Assembly: GCA_031255495.1 (NCBI GenBank) | Contig: JAIRSK010000020.1 | Span: forward strand, 9,367-73,366 | Length of the DNA: 64,000 bases | Direction of reading: 5' to 3' | DNA from: Candidatus Endomicrobiellum devescovinae | Lineage (GTDB): Bacteria > Elusimicrobiota > Endomicrobiia > Endomicrobiales > Endomicrobiaceae | Shown: positions 36,125-48,231 of the stretch, piece after piece | Layout of the letters: each line of letters starts with the position of its first letter | How positions within the stretch are numbered: the first letter of the stretch is position 1 | Translations under genes and position numbers: made by a program | The notes under the pieces: generated by a model | What the model was told of the DNA's origin: nothing | Seen by the model: the letters and a program-made list of their open reading frames with translations, nothing else | Databases searched by the model: none

Positions 36125-37744
36125 TTATTTATTGTCCGTGATCTTTTTAGCGGTAGATTTAAACTTCTTAGCTATATCTTCTATGTGTTTTGGCACAGCT
36201 GTCTTTGCCGTTTCTTTTAAATCTTCTTTAATTGTATATTCAACGGGAGATATAGGTTTTGCCTCTTTTACTACTATGTCTTCTTGCTTGTTTGGCAAAG
36301 CGTTTTTTTCAATCATAACTTTAATTTTTACATTTATTCCTGTCTTTCTTTGGAACAATTTTGTAATCTGCTCTTGGAATCCCATGATGCCTTCGTAGTC
36401 AAACTGTCCAGTAACAGACAACTGTATAGACGCATCGCCAGTAACCTTAATTACAGCCTTTTTTAAAGACTGCGCTGTAAGAGGATGTTTTTTCATTATT
36501 TCAGTAACCAATTCGTCCCATACGCTTATTAAGTCGGCAGTCGCAGCAACGTTGTAACTTTCTTTTATCTCTGCTTGTTCAGTCGCGGAGCTTTCAAAAC
36601 TGCTTTCCTTATTAATAGCATTCTTTTCAAGTTCGGCGATTCTATTTATAAGCTCACCAACGTTATAATAAGGTTCAGACATTTTAAGCAAATACATTTC
36701 AAGAAGAATTCTCGGCTGGTCATGCCAACGCATCTCTTCCAAAGCTTTTGACAACAAATTGTTCATTCTTATATGGCGTGAAACCGTGAACAAACTCTTT
36801 TGAATTTCAAAAAGTTTTTTATCTTCTGTAGAAATTTCCGCTACTTCTGGATTTATCAAGTAAATCATAACTTGTCTTAAGTGGTCTCGCAGATCTCTTG
36901 CAAACTGCAAAATATTATATCCATCATCGTTAATTTCCTTGACGATTTTTAAAATAGCTTGAATATCGCCTTTGGCAATATTTTCAGTAACCAAAGCAAT
37001 TATATCTTTTGGAAGAAGACCAAGAAGCCCTCTTATATATTCGCCTGTTATCTTTCCTGAATTTGAAGATACTGCTTGGTCTAATAAACTTAAGGCATCT
37101 CTCATAGAACCGCCAGAAGATGCGGTAATAATACTTAAAGCGTCAGAATCTATATCAAAACCTTCTTTTTGAGCGATGTTTTGTATAGCTGAAGCCATTT
37201 CTGAAGCAGATATAAGTTTAAATCTATATTTTTGACACCTTGAAAGAATAGTAACTGGAATTTTATGCTGCTCGGTAGTAGCCATTATAAAAATTACATG
37301 GGCAGGGGGCTCTTCCAAAGTTTTAAGGAGTGCATTGAACGCCTGAGTAGTTATCTGATGCGCTTCGTCTATAATATAAATCTTGTAATTTGAGTGAGCG
37401 CTTGCAAACTTTACGTTCTCTCTTAACGCTCTTATTTCGTCTATACCATTGTTTGACGCACCATCTATTTCTAATACGTCAACGCTTGAGCTTTTTGAAA
37501 CTTCAAGACAGTTTTCGCAAATGCCGCAAGGAATAGCAGTAGGACCATTTTTGCAGTTTAACGCTTTGGCAAGTATCCTTGCCATAGTTGTTTTCCCACA
37601 GCCTCTGGGACCGCTAAACAAATAAGCATGCGATATTCTTTTTTCAGAAATAGCGTTTTTAAGAGTTTGGGAAATATGGTCCTGCCCTATGACTTCGTCA
37701 AAGTTTTGAGGTCTGAATTTTCTTGCTAATCCAAGGTATGACAT
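36125..37744 (-). CDS. dnaX: DNA polymerase III subunits gamma/tau
   Basis: Start taken at ATG 37744 (MSYLGLARKFRPQNFDEVIGQ) with an AAAGGTG RBS; the track ORF adds 11 aa. GPRGCGKTT Walker A; zinc module CKNGPTAIPCGICENC. Confidence 0.93.
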   Translation of the reverse strand: MSYLGLARKFRPQNFDEVIGQDHISQTLKNAISEKRISHAYLFSGPRGCGKTTMARILAKALNCKNGPTAIPCGICENCLEVSKSSSVDVLEIDGASNNGIDEIRALRENVKFASAHSNYKIYIIDEAHQITTQAFNALLKTLEEPPAHVIFIMATTEQHKIPVTILSRCQKYRFKLISASEMASAIQNIAQKEGFDIDSDALSIITASSGGSMRDALSLLDQAVSSNSGKITGEYIRGLLGLLPKDIIALVTENIAKGDIQAILKIVKEINDDGYNILQFARDLRDHLRQVMIYLINPEVAEISTEDKKLFEIQKSLFTVSRHIRMNNLLSKALEEMRWHDQPRILLEMYLLKMSEPYYNVGELINRIAELEKNAINKESSFESSATEQAEIKESYNVAATADLISVWDELVTEIMKKHPLTAQSLKKAVIKVTGDASIQLSVTGQFDYEGIMGFQEQITKLFQRKTGINVKIKVMIEKNALPNKQEDIVVKEAKPISPVEYTIKEDLKETAKTAVPKHIEDIAKKFKSTAKKITDNK

Positions 37745-37907
37745 GTATGACACCTTTAACAGCGGTAATAAAAACAAAAAAATTACTGTGTTTTAAGTTT
37801 AGCAAATATAGGACTTTTATTACAATTTTTTGCAATTTTTTTACACAAGAAAGCATTTTTAATAAAAATATGCGCCTCAGTTTTTTGTTGGGGCACCAAA
37901 TATAATT

Positions 37908-37936
37908 TTGACACAGATACGTTTTTTGTGTAGAAT
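37908..37936 (+). promoter_or_regulatory. sigma70-type promoter for the 38054-41611 operon
   Basis: TTGACA (37908-37913), 17 nt, then TAGAAT (37931-37936); about 110-nt leader. Confidence 0.5.
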
Positions 37937-38053
37937 TTCTTTCGTTATCTTAATCTTACGCGTTTTTCTAATTTTTAACTTTTTAGAGAAACTTTGGATC
38001 ATCTCAAAAAACTTTTCTTTTTGTTTCTAAGTCAATTATAAAAAGAGGTTCTC

Positions 38054-39613
38054 ATGTCTTCCAAGCGTGCGATAATTATTGGGGCAGGTCCTGCAGGGCT
38101 TACGGCAGCTTATGAACTCTTAAACAAAACTGATATCAAACCAATAATAATTGAAGCATCAAAAGAAATCGGTGGAATTTCAAAAACATACAATTATAAA
38201 GGTAATAGAATGGACATGGGAGGACATAGATTCTTCTCAAAGTCTAACAGAGTATTGCAGTGGTGGCTTGATATTATGCCGTTGCAAACAATGCCTTCAA
38301 AAGATGATATATTATTAAACAGAAAACTTATCTTCAAACAATCTAATACGCAAAATAATCCTGAAACTGAAGACAAAGTAATGTTAATGCGAAGAAGATT
38401 ATCAAGAATTTTCTTCTTAAGAAAATTTTTTGATTACCCAATATCTTTAAGTTATAAAACAATAAAAAACCTTGGTATTACTAGAATTCTTAAGTCAGGC
38501 ATGAGTTATATATATTCTTTTTTTGTTAAAGGAAATGAAAAATCTCTTGAAGATTTTATTATAAATAGATTTGGTAAAGATTTGTATTCAACATTTTTTA
38601 AAGATTACACGTATAAAGTTTGGGGAATAGAACCAAATAAAATACCAGCAGACTGGGGTGTTCAAAGAATAAAGGGTGTTTCTATAATAAAAGTTTTAGA
38701 AGATGCATTAAGAAAATTGTTTAACATAAAACAAAAAAATATTGAGACTAGTCTTATAGAACAATTCTATTATCCTAAATATGGACCAGGTCATTTTTGG
38801 GAAACTACGGCAAACGAAATTAGAAAAAAAGGTGGGGAAATAATTTTTGACCAAACCGTATGCAAGATAGTTACAGAAAACAATAAAATAGTGTCTGTTT
38901 CTGCAAAAGATCATTTAGGAAACTTACAGAATTATAAAGGTGATTACTTTATATCCTCAATGCCTGTGAAAGATTTGATAGAGGCGTTTGACACAAAAGA
39001 CAAGGAAGTTGAAACTACGGCAAACGGTTTAGTTTATCGTGACTTTATAACAGTAGGATTACTTATGAAAAAGCTTGAACTTTTAAATGATACAAGAATA
39101 CCATCATATAAGAACATAACTCCTGACTTATGGATTTACATTCAAGAAAAAGATGTAAAAATAGGGCGTCTTCAAATATTTAACAACTGGAGTCCATATC
39201 TTGTAAAAGATTATGAGAATACTGTATGGATAGGGCTTGAATATTTTTGCAATGAAACCGATGATTTATGGAGTATGAATGAAAATGATTTTATTAATTT
39301 TGCAATAAGCGAACTTGAAAGAATAAACATAATAAAGAAAGAGAATGCTATTGATCGTTGTTTAGTAAAAGTGCCTAAAGCATATCCAGCCTATTTTGGC
39401 TCTTATAATAATTTTGATTTGATAAGAAATTTTACCGATAAATTTGAAAATCTGTTTCTAGTCGGAAGAAATGGTATGCATAAATATAACAACATGGATC
39501 ATTCTATGCTTACGTCAATGATAGCTGTTGAGAACATAGCTAACAATATAAAGTATAAAGACAACATATGGAAAGTAAACACTGAAGCTAATTACCATGA
39601 ACAAAAGCAATAA
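38054..39613 (+). CDS. NAD(P)/FAD-dependent oxidoreductase (amine-oxidase/UDP-galactopyranose-mutase-like fold)
   Basis: 519 aa; dinucleotide-binding [16 protein letters not shown]; co-operonic with GtrA and a GT-C-like membrane protein. Confidence 0.65.
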   Translation: MSSKRAIIIGAGPAGLTAAYELLNKTDIKPIIIEASKEIGGISKTYNYKGNRMDMGGHRFFSKSNRVLQWWLDIMPLQTMPSKDDILLNRKLIFKQSNTQNNPETEDKVMLMRRRLSRIFFLRKFFDYPISLSYKTIKNLGITRILKSGMSYIYSFFVKGNEKSLEDFIINRFGKDLYSTFFKDYTYKVWGIEPNKIPADWGVQRIKGVSIIKVLEDALRKLFNIKQKNIETSLIEQFYYPKYGPGHFWETTANEIRKKGGEIIFDQTVCKIVTENNKIVSVSAKDHLGNLQNYKGDYFISSMPVKDLIEAFDTKDKEVETTANGLVYRDFITVGLLMKKLELLNDTRIPSYKNITPDLWIYIQEKDVKIGRLQIFNNWSPYLVKDYENTVWIGLEYFCNETDDLWSMNENDFINFAISELERINIIKKENAIDRCLVKVPKAYPAYFGSYNNFDLIRNFTDKFENLFLVGRNGMHKYNNMDHSMLTSMIAVENIANNIKYKDNIWKVNTEANYHEQKQ

Positions 39614-40001
39614 TATTACAATTCAATTTATAAAATATTTTTTTGCGAGTGCTTTGGCATTAATAACGGATTTTGCACTTCTCTATATTTTGACAGAATT
39701 CTTAAGTTTCTACTATCTGGTTTCTGCTTCTTTGTCATTTACTGCAGGTCTGTTAGTAACGTATATTTTAAGCAAGAAATATATATTTGCAGAAAGTACT
39801 ATATCAAATACGAAATATGAATTTGCAATTTTTGCAGCAATAGGCATTGTAGGACTTGGAATAAACAGTTTATCTTTGAAATTTTTGACAGAAAAATTAA
39901 GTCTTTATTATATGTACTCTAAATTTATAACTGCATTTATTACATACCTTTGGAATTTTTTCTGTAGAAAATATATCCTTTTTAACAGGAGAAACTCTTG
40001 A
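39597..40001 (+). CDS. GtrA-family membrane protein
   Basis: 134 aa; four TM segments; [17 protein letters not shown] and [10 protein letters not shown] are typical GtrA ends. Confidence 0.75.
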   Translation: MNKSNNITIQFIKYFFASALALITDFALLYILTEFLSFYYLVSASLSFTAGLLVTYILSKKYIFAESTISNTKYEFAIFAAIGIVGLGINSLSLKFLTEKLSLYYMYSKFITAFITYLWNFFCRKYILFNRRNS

Positions 40002-41611
40002 TAATAAGCTTCTTTAGAAACGAAAAAATAAATTTTTCCGTATTAGCTTTCTGTCTTTCGGCAATTATTTTTGCTGTTTATTTTCACGCTCTTGATTTTG
40101 GTTTCACAAATCTAGATGACAATAACAGTCTGCACAGGGTTGCTGGCGACTTGGCAAAAAAAACAGCTTTTATAGATGTATTTAAAAAAGACGTTATGCT
40201 TGGCAAATCTCCAACACCTTACTATCGTCCTATGGTAGCGCTGTCTTTTGTATTTGATTATAAAATAGCAGGCGAATCGGAATGGTATTCCCATTTTTCA
40301 TGCATAGCTCTTCACTGCATAACCACAATTCTGATATTCTTGTTTCTCAAAAAATATTTATTTAAAAAACTGTTGCCATCTTTTTTAGCCGCTCTCGTTT
40401 TTGCTGTCCACCCTTCTTGTATGTACACAGTCATATGGGCTACAGGAAGAAATGAATCTCTTCTTTTAATGAACTTCTTAATATCTTTGATGTTTTTCAT
40501 TGAATACGTAAATACCAAAAAGCTAGGATTTCTTGTTGCACATATGTTTTTTATTTTACTGTGCTTCTTTACAAAGGAATCTGGCATTATATTTCCATTT
40601 GTTACTCTTCTTTACTTTTTTCTTACAAAAGAAAAAAACCAACAACTTAAGATATATATTTATTTGATTTGGATTGCTTTGATTTTGTTCTTTATGATTT
40701 CAAGGAAGTTGGCTGTCAACTCCGGAGGCTTTTCAATTCCATTTTGCAAAGACGGTATAGTTATGTTTTTTGATTATTATTCCTCAATGTTTTTTTTTAG
40801 AACCCCTTTCGGCGTAGCTAACATGAGTTTAAAGTTATTTTTTTTGGGTCTTTCGGGATTCTTGCTTTCTTTATTTTTTGCTTTCTACAATGTAACAGAC
40901 AAAAAAATTATAAAGAGAAACTCTTTCTTTGTACTCTTAACCCTTATAAGCATAGGCACAAACTGCATGACAGGAACAAGATTATGGTTTCAAGGCAATA
41001 GGATGTATGTTCCAATGTTGGGTGTAATAATTGTCTTCATATCTTTCTTAACTCCGTATTTAGAAAACAAAAAAACAAAATCTTGGATTATTTATTGTTT
41101 TTCTGTTATTATGCTAATTTGTGTTGCAACAAATGTTAAAGCATCGTATAAATTCAAAAATAGTATCGCATTTTGGGGAAATGTCATAAATGAAAACGGA
41201 TCTACTGAAATTACTTCTTATAAATTTCACGCTTATGCATTAATGGATAACGGAAGATTTCAAGAAGCTGTAAATGAATTACTGCCTATAGCTCAAGGAC
41301 TAAACTTCGGCTATAGCGAAGTAAACTATGCATTAGGAAGCGCTTTTATGTTGAATAAGGATTATGCAAATGCCGCAAAAATATTTGAAATAATGGTTCA
41401 AACTAGACAAATGCTTATACCGCAAGTATATGCAAACATCATTTTGGCAATGCATTTTTCAAACAATGAAGAAAAGGCAAATTATTACTTTAACGAGTTT
41501 ATGAAAACCACAAATTTGGATAACACCGCTGCAAACGCTTATATAAACAACTTCAATAATTTTATAAATACTCAAAGAGAAGTTGATCTCTCGCGACCAA
41601 AAACTGTATAA
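39998..41611 (+). CDS. polytopic membrane glycosyltransferase-like protein (GT-C/PMT-like) with C-terminal TPR repeats
   Basis: 537 aa; TTG start overlapping the gtrA stop; about 10 TM helices with an early loop (NLDDNNSL..YYRP); TPR-like C-terminus. Confidence 0.55.
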   Translation: MIISFFRNEKINFSVLAFCLSAIIFAVYFHALDFGFTNLDDNNSLHRVAGDLAKKTAFIDVFKKDVMLGKSPTPYYRPMVALSFVFDYKIAGESEWYSHFSCIALHCITTILIFLFLKKYLFKKLLPSFLAALVFAVHPSCMYTVIWATGRNESLLLMNFLISLMFFIEYVNTKKLGFLVAHMFFILLCFFTKESGIIFPFVTLLYFFLTKEKNQQLKIYIYLIWIALILFFMISRKLAVNSGGFSIPFCKDGIVMFFDYYSSMFFFRTPFGVANMSLKLFFLGLSGFLLSLFFAFYNVTDKKIIKRNSFFVLLTLISIGTNCMTGTRLWFQGNRMYVPMLGVIIVFISFLTPYLENKKTKSWIIYCFSVIMLICVATNVKASYKFKNSIAFWGNVINENGSTEITSYKFHAYALMDNGRFQEAVNELLPIAQGLNFGYSEVNYALGSAFMLNKDYANAAKIFEIMVQTRQMLIPQVYANIILAMHFSNNEEKANYYFNEFMKTTNLDNTAANAYINNFNNFINTQREVDLSRPKTV

Positions 41612-41621
41612 ATTTATATTT

Positions 41622-44231
41622 TTAATTCAAATGTTTCTTTTTGAATTCCAGCTCTTCTTTGTTGCTTCTTGTAAAATTAACGGTAATTTTATCCCCTTCT
41701 TTGAACTCGCCAGCGATTAGTTTTGAAGAAAGAGGATTCAGTAAATATATCTGTATTGCTCTTTTTAAAGGTCTGGCTCCAAAAGCAGGATCATAGCCTT
41801 TTGATGAAATAAAATCTTTTGCTTTATCCGTAAGCTCAACATTTATTTTCCTGTCATCTAAACGTTTTTCAAAAGATTTAAGCTGTATATCAATAATTTT
41901 GTTTAATTCTTTTTCGCCTAAGCTCTGAAATATTATAGTCTCGTCTATTCTGTTTAGAAATTCAGGTCTAAAATATTTATGCAGCTCCTGCATTACTTTA
42001 TTTTTCATATCTTCGTAATTGTCATACTCTTGAATATATTGAGAACCGATATTTGACGTCATTATTATAACAGTATTTTTGAAATCAACCGTTCTTCCTT
42101 GACCGTCAGTAAGTCTGCCGTCATCAAACAATTGAAGCATAACATTAAATACTTCAGGATTTGCCTTTTCAACCTCGTCAAACAAAACCACGCAGTACGG
42201 TCTTCTTCTTATAGCTTCAGTAAGCTGACCGCCCTCTTCAAAACCAACATATCCCGGAGGAGCGCCTATAAGACGGGCAACGCTGTGTTTTTCCATATAT
42301 TCAGACATATCTATTCTAACTATATTTTTTTCGTCATCAAACAAAAGTTCGGCTAAAGATTTTGCCAACTCAGTTTTACCGACGCCGGTAGGTCCTAAAA
42401 ACAAAAACGACCCTATGGGTTTATTTGGATCGGAAAGCCCAGAACGAGAACGGCGCACAGCATTTGATATTGCAGTTACTGCCTCGTCTTGACCTATAAC
42501 TCTCTCATGAAGTCTTTCTTCCATTTTAAGAAGCTTCTGCGTTTCTCCTTCCATCATACGAGTAACGGGAATGCCAGTCCATTTGCTCACAACTTCAGCT
42601 ATATCCTCTTCGTCAACTTCTTCTTTTAACATTTTCTTTTCGTTTTGAAGCTTAAGAAGTTTTTTGTTTTCTTCTTCCAACTGTTTTTGCATATTTGGAA
42701 TTTTTCCATAACGAATTTCGGCAACAGCGTTTAAGTTGCCACTTCTCTCAGCTTTCTGCTCTTCAATCTTCATATTTTCAATATCTTCTTTCAAACGTCT
42801 GATTTGCGAAATTGAAGATTTTTCTTTCTCCCAATGAACTTTCATACCTGCAAAATCGTGCCTTAACTTGTCTATTTCTTTTTCCATGTTTGCAAGACGC
42901 TCTTTTGACGCAGTGTCGTTTTCTTTTTTTACCGCCTGCTTTTCAATCTCAAGCTGTCTTATCCTGCGCTCTACAGCGTCAAGCTCCGTAGGCATAGAAT
43001 CTATTTCTATTCTGAGCTTACTTGCAGACTCGTCAACCAAATCTATGGCTTTGTCGGGCAAATATCTATCTGTTATATATCTTGCGCTAAGAGTTGCTGC
43101 AGCAACCAAAGCCGAATCTTTTATTTTTACCCCATGGTGAACTTCGTATTTTTCCTTGATCCCTCTAAGAATTGCTATCGTATCTTCAACAGACGGTTCG
43201 CCTGCATAGACAGGCTGAAAACGCCTTTCCAATGCTGCATCTTTTTCAATATATTTTCTATATTCGTCTAATGTCGTAGCACCGACAAGCTTAAGCTCGC
43301 CTCTGGCAAGCATAGGCTTTAGCATATTTGCCGCGTCAACGGCTCCTTCGGAAGAGCCTGCTCCGACTATCGTGTGTAGCTCATCTATAAAAAGAATTAT
43401 TCTGCCTCCCGCGACCTGAATTTCTTTAAGCACTGCCTTTAATCTATCCTCAAATTCTCCTCTGTATTTGGCGCCTGCAATTAAAGCTCCCAAATCTAAA
43501 GCTATAACTTCTTTATCCTTCAAACTCTCAGGAACATCGCCCGAAACTATGCGTTGAGCCAAACCTTCAACTATGGCAGTTTTTCCTACTCCGGGCTCGC
43601 CGATTATTACTGGATTGTTCTTTGTTCTTCTGGATAGTACCTGCACACATCTACGAATCTCTTCGTCTCTGCCTATCACTGGGTCAAGCTTGCCTCGTTT
43701 AGCTAAGTCAGTTAAATCTTTGCCATATTTCTCTAAAGCTTGGTATTTATCTTCAGGGTTTTGATCCGTCACTCTCTGATCGCCTCTTATGCTTACAAGG
43801 TTTTTTAGAACAACATCTTTTGTAAGTCCGTATTTTTTAAGTATTTTTGAAGCTATTTCTGAAGATTCATCTGCTATTGCAATAAGTATATGTTCCGTAG
43901 AAACGTAATCATCTTTCAAATTTTTTGCCAATTTTTCGGAATTGTTTAAAATCTTTGTAAGTCCTTGAGAGAGATATACGTTTCCACCTGAAACTTTTAC
44001 TTTTTTTTCTATCTCGAAAACTAAATCTTTTGATATGTTTGAAAACAGCATATCTTCCTGACCAGTAGCAGCACTTTTCCTTATAATTGCCCCAACTATG
44101 CCGTCTTGTTGTTTAACTAAAGCGTACAAAACATGTTCGGCGGCAATTTCTTGATTACCATACTCAGACGCTATATTTTGCGCATCTGCCAACGCCTCTT
44201 GGGATTTAATCGTAAACTTAGAAAGATTCAT
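41622..44231 (-). CDS. clpB: ATP-dependent chaperone ClpB
   Basis: 869 aa; two AAA modules ([20 protein letters not shown]) separated by a long coiled-coil middle domain. Confidence 0.96.
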   Translation of the reverse strand: MNLSKFTIKSQEALADAQNIASEYGNQEIAAEHVLYALVKQQDGIVGAIIRKSAATGQEDMLFSNISKDLVFEIEKKVKVSGGNVYLSQGLTKILNNSEKLAKNLKDDYVSTEHILIAIADESSEIASKILKKYGLTKDVVLKNLVSIRGDQRVTDQNPEDKYQALEKYGKDLTDLAKRGKLDPVIGRDEEIRRCVQVLSRRTKNNPVIIGEPGVGKTAIVEGLAQRIVSGDVPESLKDKEVIALDLGALIAGAKYRGEFEDRLKAVLKEIQVAGGRIILFIDELHTIVGAGSSEGAVDAANMLKPMLARGELKLVGATTLDEYRKYIEKDAALERRFQPVYAGEPSVEDTIAILRGIKEKYEVHHGVKIKDSALVAAATLSARYITDRYLPDKAIDLVDESASKLRIEIDSMPTELDAVERRIRQLEIEKQAVKKENDTASKERLANMEKEIDKLRHDFAGMKVHWEKEKSSISQIRRLKEDIENMKIEEQKAERSGNLNAVAEIRYGKIPNMQKQLEEENKKLLKLQNEKKMLKEEVDEEDIAEVVSKWTGIPVTRMMEGETQKLLKMEERLHERVIGQDEAVTAISNAVRRSRSGLSDPNKPIGSFLFLGPTGVGKTELAKSLAELLFDDEKNIVRIDMSEYMEKHSVARLIGAPPGYVGFEEGGQLTEAIRRRPYCVVLFDEVEKANPEVFNVMLQLFDDGRLTDGQGRTVDFKNTVIIMTSNIGSQYIQEYDNYEDMKNKVMQELHKYFRPEFLNRIDETIIFQSLGEKELNKIIDIQLKSFEKRLDDRKINVELTDKAKDFISSKGYDPAFGARPLKRAIQIYLLNPLSSKLIAGEFKEGDKITVNFTRSNKEELEFKKKHLN

Positions 44232-44273
44232 AGGTTTCCTCCGTCTGATAAAACCGCGATAAGTGTTGATATA

Positions 44274-44963
44274 TTATTTATTTGAAATGGACTTTATTTT
44301 TTCTTCAAGAAGTCTAATTCTATCCGCTATTTTTCGTTCTAGCATTTTTTGTTCTTCCAAAACAAATTTCATAGCTTCAGATATTGGGTCTGGCAGTTTT
44401 GCATGCTCAAGCTTATTTACCTCGTCAGGACTATGTCCGAGGCTTATTCTAGCAGGAACTCCAATAGCGGTGGCATTTGCAGGCACATCGTGTGTAACTA
44501 CAGAAGCTGCAGCTATTATGGCGTTTTTACCTATATTTATGGCTCCTAAAAGTATGGCATTTGAGCCTAATACCACATTATCGCCAATAGTAGGATGTCT
44601 TTTTTTCTTTTCCAAAGTCGTCCCACCTAGAAGAACGCCCTTGTATATTAGAACATCGTTGCCTATTTCTGAAGTCTCGCCTATTACAACCCCCATTCCG
44701 TGATCAATAAAAACTCTTCTTCCTATTACTGCACCAGGGTGGATTTCTATTCCAGTTACAAACCTGCTTGTATGGGAAATAAACCTTGCCATAAAATAAA
44801 ATTTATTTTTCCAAAGTTTGTTGGCAAATCTGTGCAGAATAACAGCATGTAGTCCGGGATAAGAAAATATAACTTCCAACTTTGATCTCGCTGCAGGGTC
44901 TTTGAGAAAAACGGTTTGGATATCTTCTCTTATCAGCTTAAACATAGTGGTGCGATTATACAA
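44274..44963 (-). CDS. cysE: serine O-acetyltransferase
   Basis: 229 aa; [10 protein letters not shown]...YPGLHA...[10 protein letters not shown]...[17 protein letters not shown] hexapeptide pattern. Confidence 0.92.
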   Translation of the reverse strand: MYNRTTMFKLIREDIQTVFLKDPAARSKLEVIFSYPGLHAVILHRFANKLWKNKFYFMARFISHTSRFVTGIEIHPGAVIGRRVFIDHGMGVVIGETSEIGNDVLIYKGVLLGGTTLEKKKRHPTIGDNVVLGSNAILLGAINIGKNAIIAAASVVTHDVPANATAIGVPARISLGHSPDEVNKLEHAKLPDPISEAMKFVLEEQKMLERKIADRIRLLEEKIKSISNK

Positions 44964-45141
44964 AATAATAAAGAATTATTACAGAAATAGAAGTATTTGT
45001 AGGCTAAATTTAGAGGAAGAACTAAATTTTTTTTCTTAAATCTATCTTTTTTATAAAAAATTCACAAACTTAAAGAATATTATATAAAGAACTTAGTATA
45101 AAATAATTAGAAAATAAAAATTTTGTAGAAGAGGTACATTT

Positions 45142-46350
45142 ATGACCAGAATGAAAAAGAAAATTATGTGTTTGGCTTTGTCTCTTGCGTTTGGGGTGAT
45201 GTCTTCACAAGCACAAGCCATTGGTAATTCAACCCAAATTCTGGCAGAAATAGATTCAACAATTTTAAAGTTTCGTGATTTGGGAGGTTTTGGTTGGCGT
45301 TCTCAGCCACGTTCAATTGTTTTTCATCCTTATTATGTCAAAAATTCTGAAGATTTCAATATTTACATCTCTTATGTAAAGTCATTATTGTTATCCAACC
45401 AGCGATGGACACCGTACGCTATTCTCGGCACGATAGAACACACTAAAAAAATAATTGAGGAAAAAAATTCGTTGGCGACGAATCTATTTGGCTCGTTGCG
45501 GCAAATTGCAATTGCTACCGACGGGAAATATACACGCGGAGGGACGCAAATTTTAGAACAGTTGACTTCCGATAAACACGACTTAGCTAAAATTGGTGAA
45601 GGAATTGGGTACATTCTTAAGGGCATGGGTTGGCGTTACTATTATCCATTTATTGGATCCTCGCAGTCTTTAGTCTCGTCATATCGCGCATTCTTCACCC
45701 CTATTCGCACTCAGCATTATGCTCCATCAACTGTTTACGACGAGCTTACAGAAATTCCTAAACAGATAGGCGCAATCATTGACATGACACTTGGAATGAA
45801 TACTGCACGGCGTAATTTATTTTACAGCATTAGAGGGACAATGGGGTCAGGCGAACAGCTGACACGTATGTTGTTGAATTATGATGTTATGGACGAACCT
45901 ACATGCAGAGTTTTAACGCACGGGCTACGCGGAGTGCGGCATGGACTCGCAGTGGCGACTCCGATATGGACTGCAGCATACTGGTTTGGGTCGCGTCCGT
46001 TAGTTATAGGTGGCGCTATATTTTACAGTGCGGCTATGGTGGGCTCGTGGATGCATTCAATATTTACTCCCTCTTCCGACGAAACCGATATTATTCCGCC
46101 CTATTTAAATATTACTCTTCCTCGCATAATTAAAATCTCAGTAAATGAAAGAGAGCAAGATGCAGAATCTATAAAGATTTTAAGACATTATGGGCATAGA
46201 TATTTTGAACTCCCCAAAGAAGAGGTTGCACAACTTAAGAGTGAAAAAGGGTGGGAAGCACTCCACATAGACATCAAGTATTTAAATTTTCCACGTTACT
46301 TTATATTACGAGACAATAATGATCCTAATCCCAACACTAGAGATTTATAA
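45142..46350 (+). CDS. hypothetical secreted/membrane protein, compositionally atypical
   Basis: 402 aa; signal peptide MKKKIMCLALSLAFGVMSSQAQA; two hydrophobic helices near residues 270-310; no family recognised; local GC spike (see findings). Confidence 0.6.
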   Translation: MTRMKKKIMCLALSLAFGVMSSQAQAIGNSTQILAEIDSTILKFRDLGGFGWRSQPRSIVFHPYYVKNSEDFNIYISYVKSLLLSNQRWTPYAILGTIEHTKKIIEEKNSLATNLFGSLRQIAIATDGKYTRGGTQILEQLTSDKHDLAKIGEGIGYILKGMGWRYYYPFIGSSQSLVSSYRAFFTPIRTQHYAPSTVYDELTEIPKQIGAIIDMTLGMNTARRNLFYSIRGTMGSGEQLTRMLLNYDVMDEPTCRVLTHGLRGVRHGLAVATPIWTAAYWFGSRPLVIGGAIFYSAAMVGSWMHSIFTPSSDETDIIPPYLNITLPRIIKISVNEREQDAESIKILRHYGHRYFELPKEEVAQLKSEKGWEALHIDIKYLNFPRYFILRDNNDPNPNTRDL

Positions 46351-46404
46351 TAATTCTTTTAGGCTAAAAAAGTGAATTGAGTTTTATTGAATAGTCTTCT
46401 GAAC

Positions 46405-46443
46405 ACAACATAGCTGGAATAAAATTCAGCTATGTTGTTTTTA
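46405..46443 (+). terminator. rho-independent terminator between convergent genes
   Basis: ACAACATAGCTG-N10-CAGCTATGTTGT (12-bp perfect stem) followed by TTTTTAT. Confidence 0.75.
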
Positions 46444-46454
46444 TATGGTAAATT

Positions 46455-47711
46455 TTACGACGACAAATCAAGAGCTGGCAATGCCCCTCCAAATTCACTC
46501 GTTAAATGAGCTAATTCTACAAGACCCATATCTATCCAAATTTTTACATCTTCTGCAGTAGGTTCTTCATTTTCAGCAAGTTGTAATACTAATTCTTTTC
46601 TTTCATTTTTAAATATTGTTACTTGCCCCTTTCTTACATCCCATATTCCAACTAATTGCCCTTTGTAATATAAATTTTTGCTTATTAACTCGTTATCATA
46701 CGTAGTATATAATGTTTTTCCATCAATATCATACCATGTGGTTTCGTGGTTTGTTCTGTTAAATGTATATATAAGTTTTGAGCCGTTCCACATATAATCT
46801 GTAATTATTGCGCCTGAAGCATTTTTAGTGTACTGTTGTTTACCGTTTTTGTAGAAAGTAGTTTCTCTAGTTGATGGATCGTATGAACTTAAAAGTACAT
46901 AGTTGCCATTTTGATCATATTCATAGCTATATCTAGCAATAACTAGACCTTCTTTATTTTCGGTGTATGTTACGTTTTGTTTGTCATCGTAATGAGTTTT
47001 GTTACCGTACATGTCAGTTTTTAACGCAAGCCTATTGTTGGCGTCGTATTGATATACCGCCGTACGGTTGCCTTCAAAATCTTCATCGTACTTAGCAAGC
47101 CCATGTTCAAAGACAGTTCTGCCTTTGGTCATCTCATCTGTTACATAAGACAGATTTTTCCCATAAGTATCGTACGTATAAGACTTTGTAAGATTTTTAT
47201 CTTTATCATATTCTTTTACAATATTTCCGCCAAACCCAGTTTCTTTATACGATATTGTTTCTCCAAACTCGTTCTTAACAACTTTCATATTTGTTCCAGC
47301 AATATTCTCTTCAGTACTTACAATATTTCCTTGCGCGTCAACAGTTTTTGACATATTTGCAAGATTAAACGTAACATGCCCGTCTTTTGATATGCTTACA
47401 GACATTTGTCCACTAGGAGTATAATATTGTCTATTTCCTGAAGAATCCGTCGCAGTAACAGGTCTGTTTGGGAGTACTTCAAACATTTGATTTGGTTTTG
47501 CAAAATCTCTTAAATCTTCAACTGTTCTACCTTCGGGTCCTATATTGTAGGGATTGTGCTGCTGCACAGGCAGCTGAGCGTTTGCAACAGAAACTGCAGA
47601 AATTGTTGCCAATAGCAATAGTCCAAAGACGCAAAAATACAAACGCCTTACCAAAATGTATCTCTTAAATATAGTATCAAAAAAGAGGAGTTCTAATGCT
47701 GTCTTCTTCAT
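46455..47711 (-). CDS. YD-repeat (Rhs-like) secreted protein
   Basis: 418 aa; N-terminal hydrophobic signal/anchor. Repeated YxYDxxGN-type motifs (YTYDTYGKNL, YQYDANNRL, YSYEYDQNGN, WYDIDGKTL). Confidence 0.65.
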   Translation of the reverse strand: MKKTALELLFFDTIFKRYILVRRLYFCVFGLLLLATISAVSVANAQLPVQQHNPYNIGPEGRTVEDLRDFAKPNQMFEVLPNRPVTATDSSGNRQYYTPSGQMSVSISKDGHVTFNLANMSKTVDAQGNIVSTEENIAGTNMKVVKNEFGETISYKETGFGGNIVKEYDKDKNLTKSYTYDTYGKNLSYVTDEMTKGRTVFEHGLAKYDEDFEGNRTAVYQYDANNRLALKTDMYGNKTHYDDKQNVTYTENKEGLVIARYSYEYDQNGNYVLLSSYDPSTRETTFYKNGKQQYTKNASGAIITDYMWNGSKLIYTFNRTNHETTWYDIDGKTLYTTYDNELISKNLYYKGQLVGIWDVRKGQVTIFKNERKELVLQLAENEEPTAEDVKIWIDMGLVELAHLTSEFGGALPALDLSS

Positions 47712-47794
47712 AAAGAACCTCTTTTATCCCAAATAGGGAGTTCATTCTAAATAAAGTAGCAAATAAATCCATACTATTCCCGTCTTTATTTGCG

Positions 47795-48184
47795 CTATTT
47801 TGTTAATTCAAAATTTACTACGCCTATGCGCATTCTTACAGGGTTACCTTCAATTTTTGCGTTATCTGTACCTTTAGCTACATCGTCGTTAACAATAATA
47901 TTTCCAAATACTGTAACTTTTTTATCCTTATTTTTTACCAAGTCAGTAAGTTTATCGCCAAGTAAAATATAATACAGATTATTGTCGCCTTTTAAATAAA
48001 GAGTATTATCTTTTGTTTGTTTTATTGTTCCTGTTACTTTTATCATAAAATCAACACTGGAAGGTTTTTGCCATTCTTTGTGGCGCTTGCCTATCAACGC
48101 GGGAACAGTTGCTATCAAAACAACTACAGCAGCTATAGCACCGAAAACTATCAACTTTTTGCCTTTGTTCTTTTTAGGCTCCAT
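47795..48184 (-). CDS. hypothetical membrane-anchored protein
   Basis: Start taken at ATG 48184 (MEPKKNKGKKLIVFGAIAAVVVLIA) with a GGAGG RBS; the track ORF (to 48286) overlaps the upstream gene. One TM helix plus a ~90-aa beta-rich domain. Confidence 0.5.
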   Translation of the reverse strand: MEPKKNKGKKLIVFGAIAAVVVLIATVPALIGKRHKEWQKPSSVDFMIKVTGTIKQTKDNTLYLKGDNNLYYILLGDKLTDLVKNKDKKVTVFGNIIVNDDVAKGTDNAKIEGNPVRMRIGVVNFELTK

Positions 48185-48231
48185 TATATGCCTCCGTTTG
48201 CTTATTATTTTATCTATTTTTTCATGTTTTT

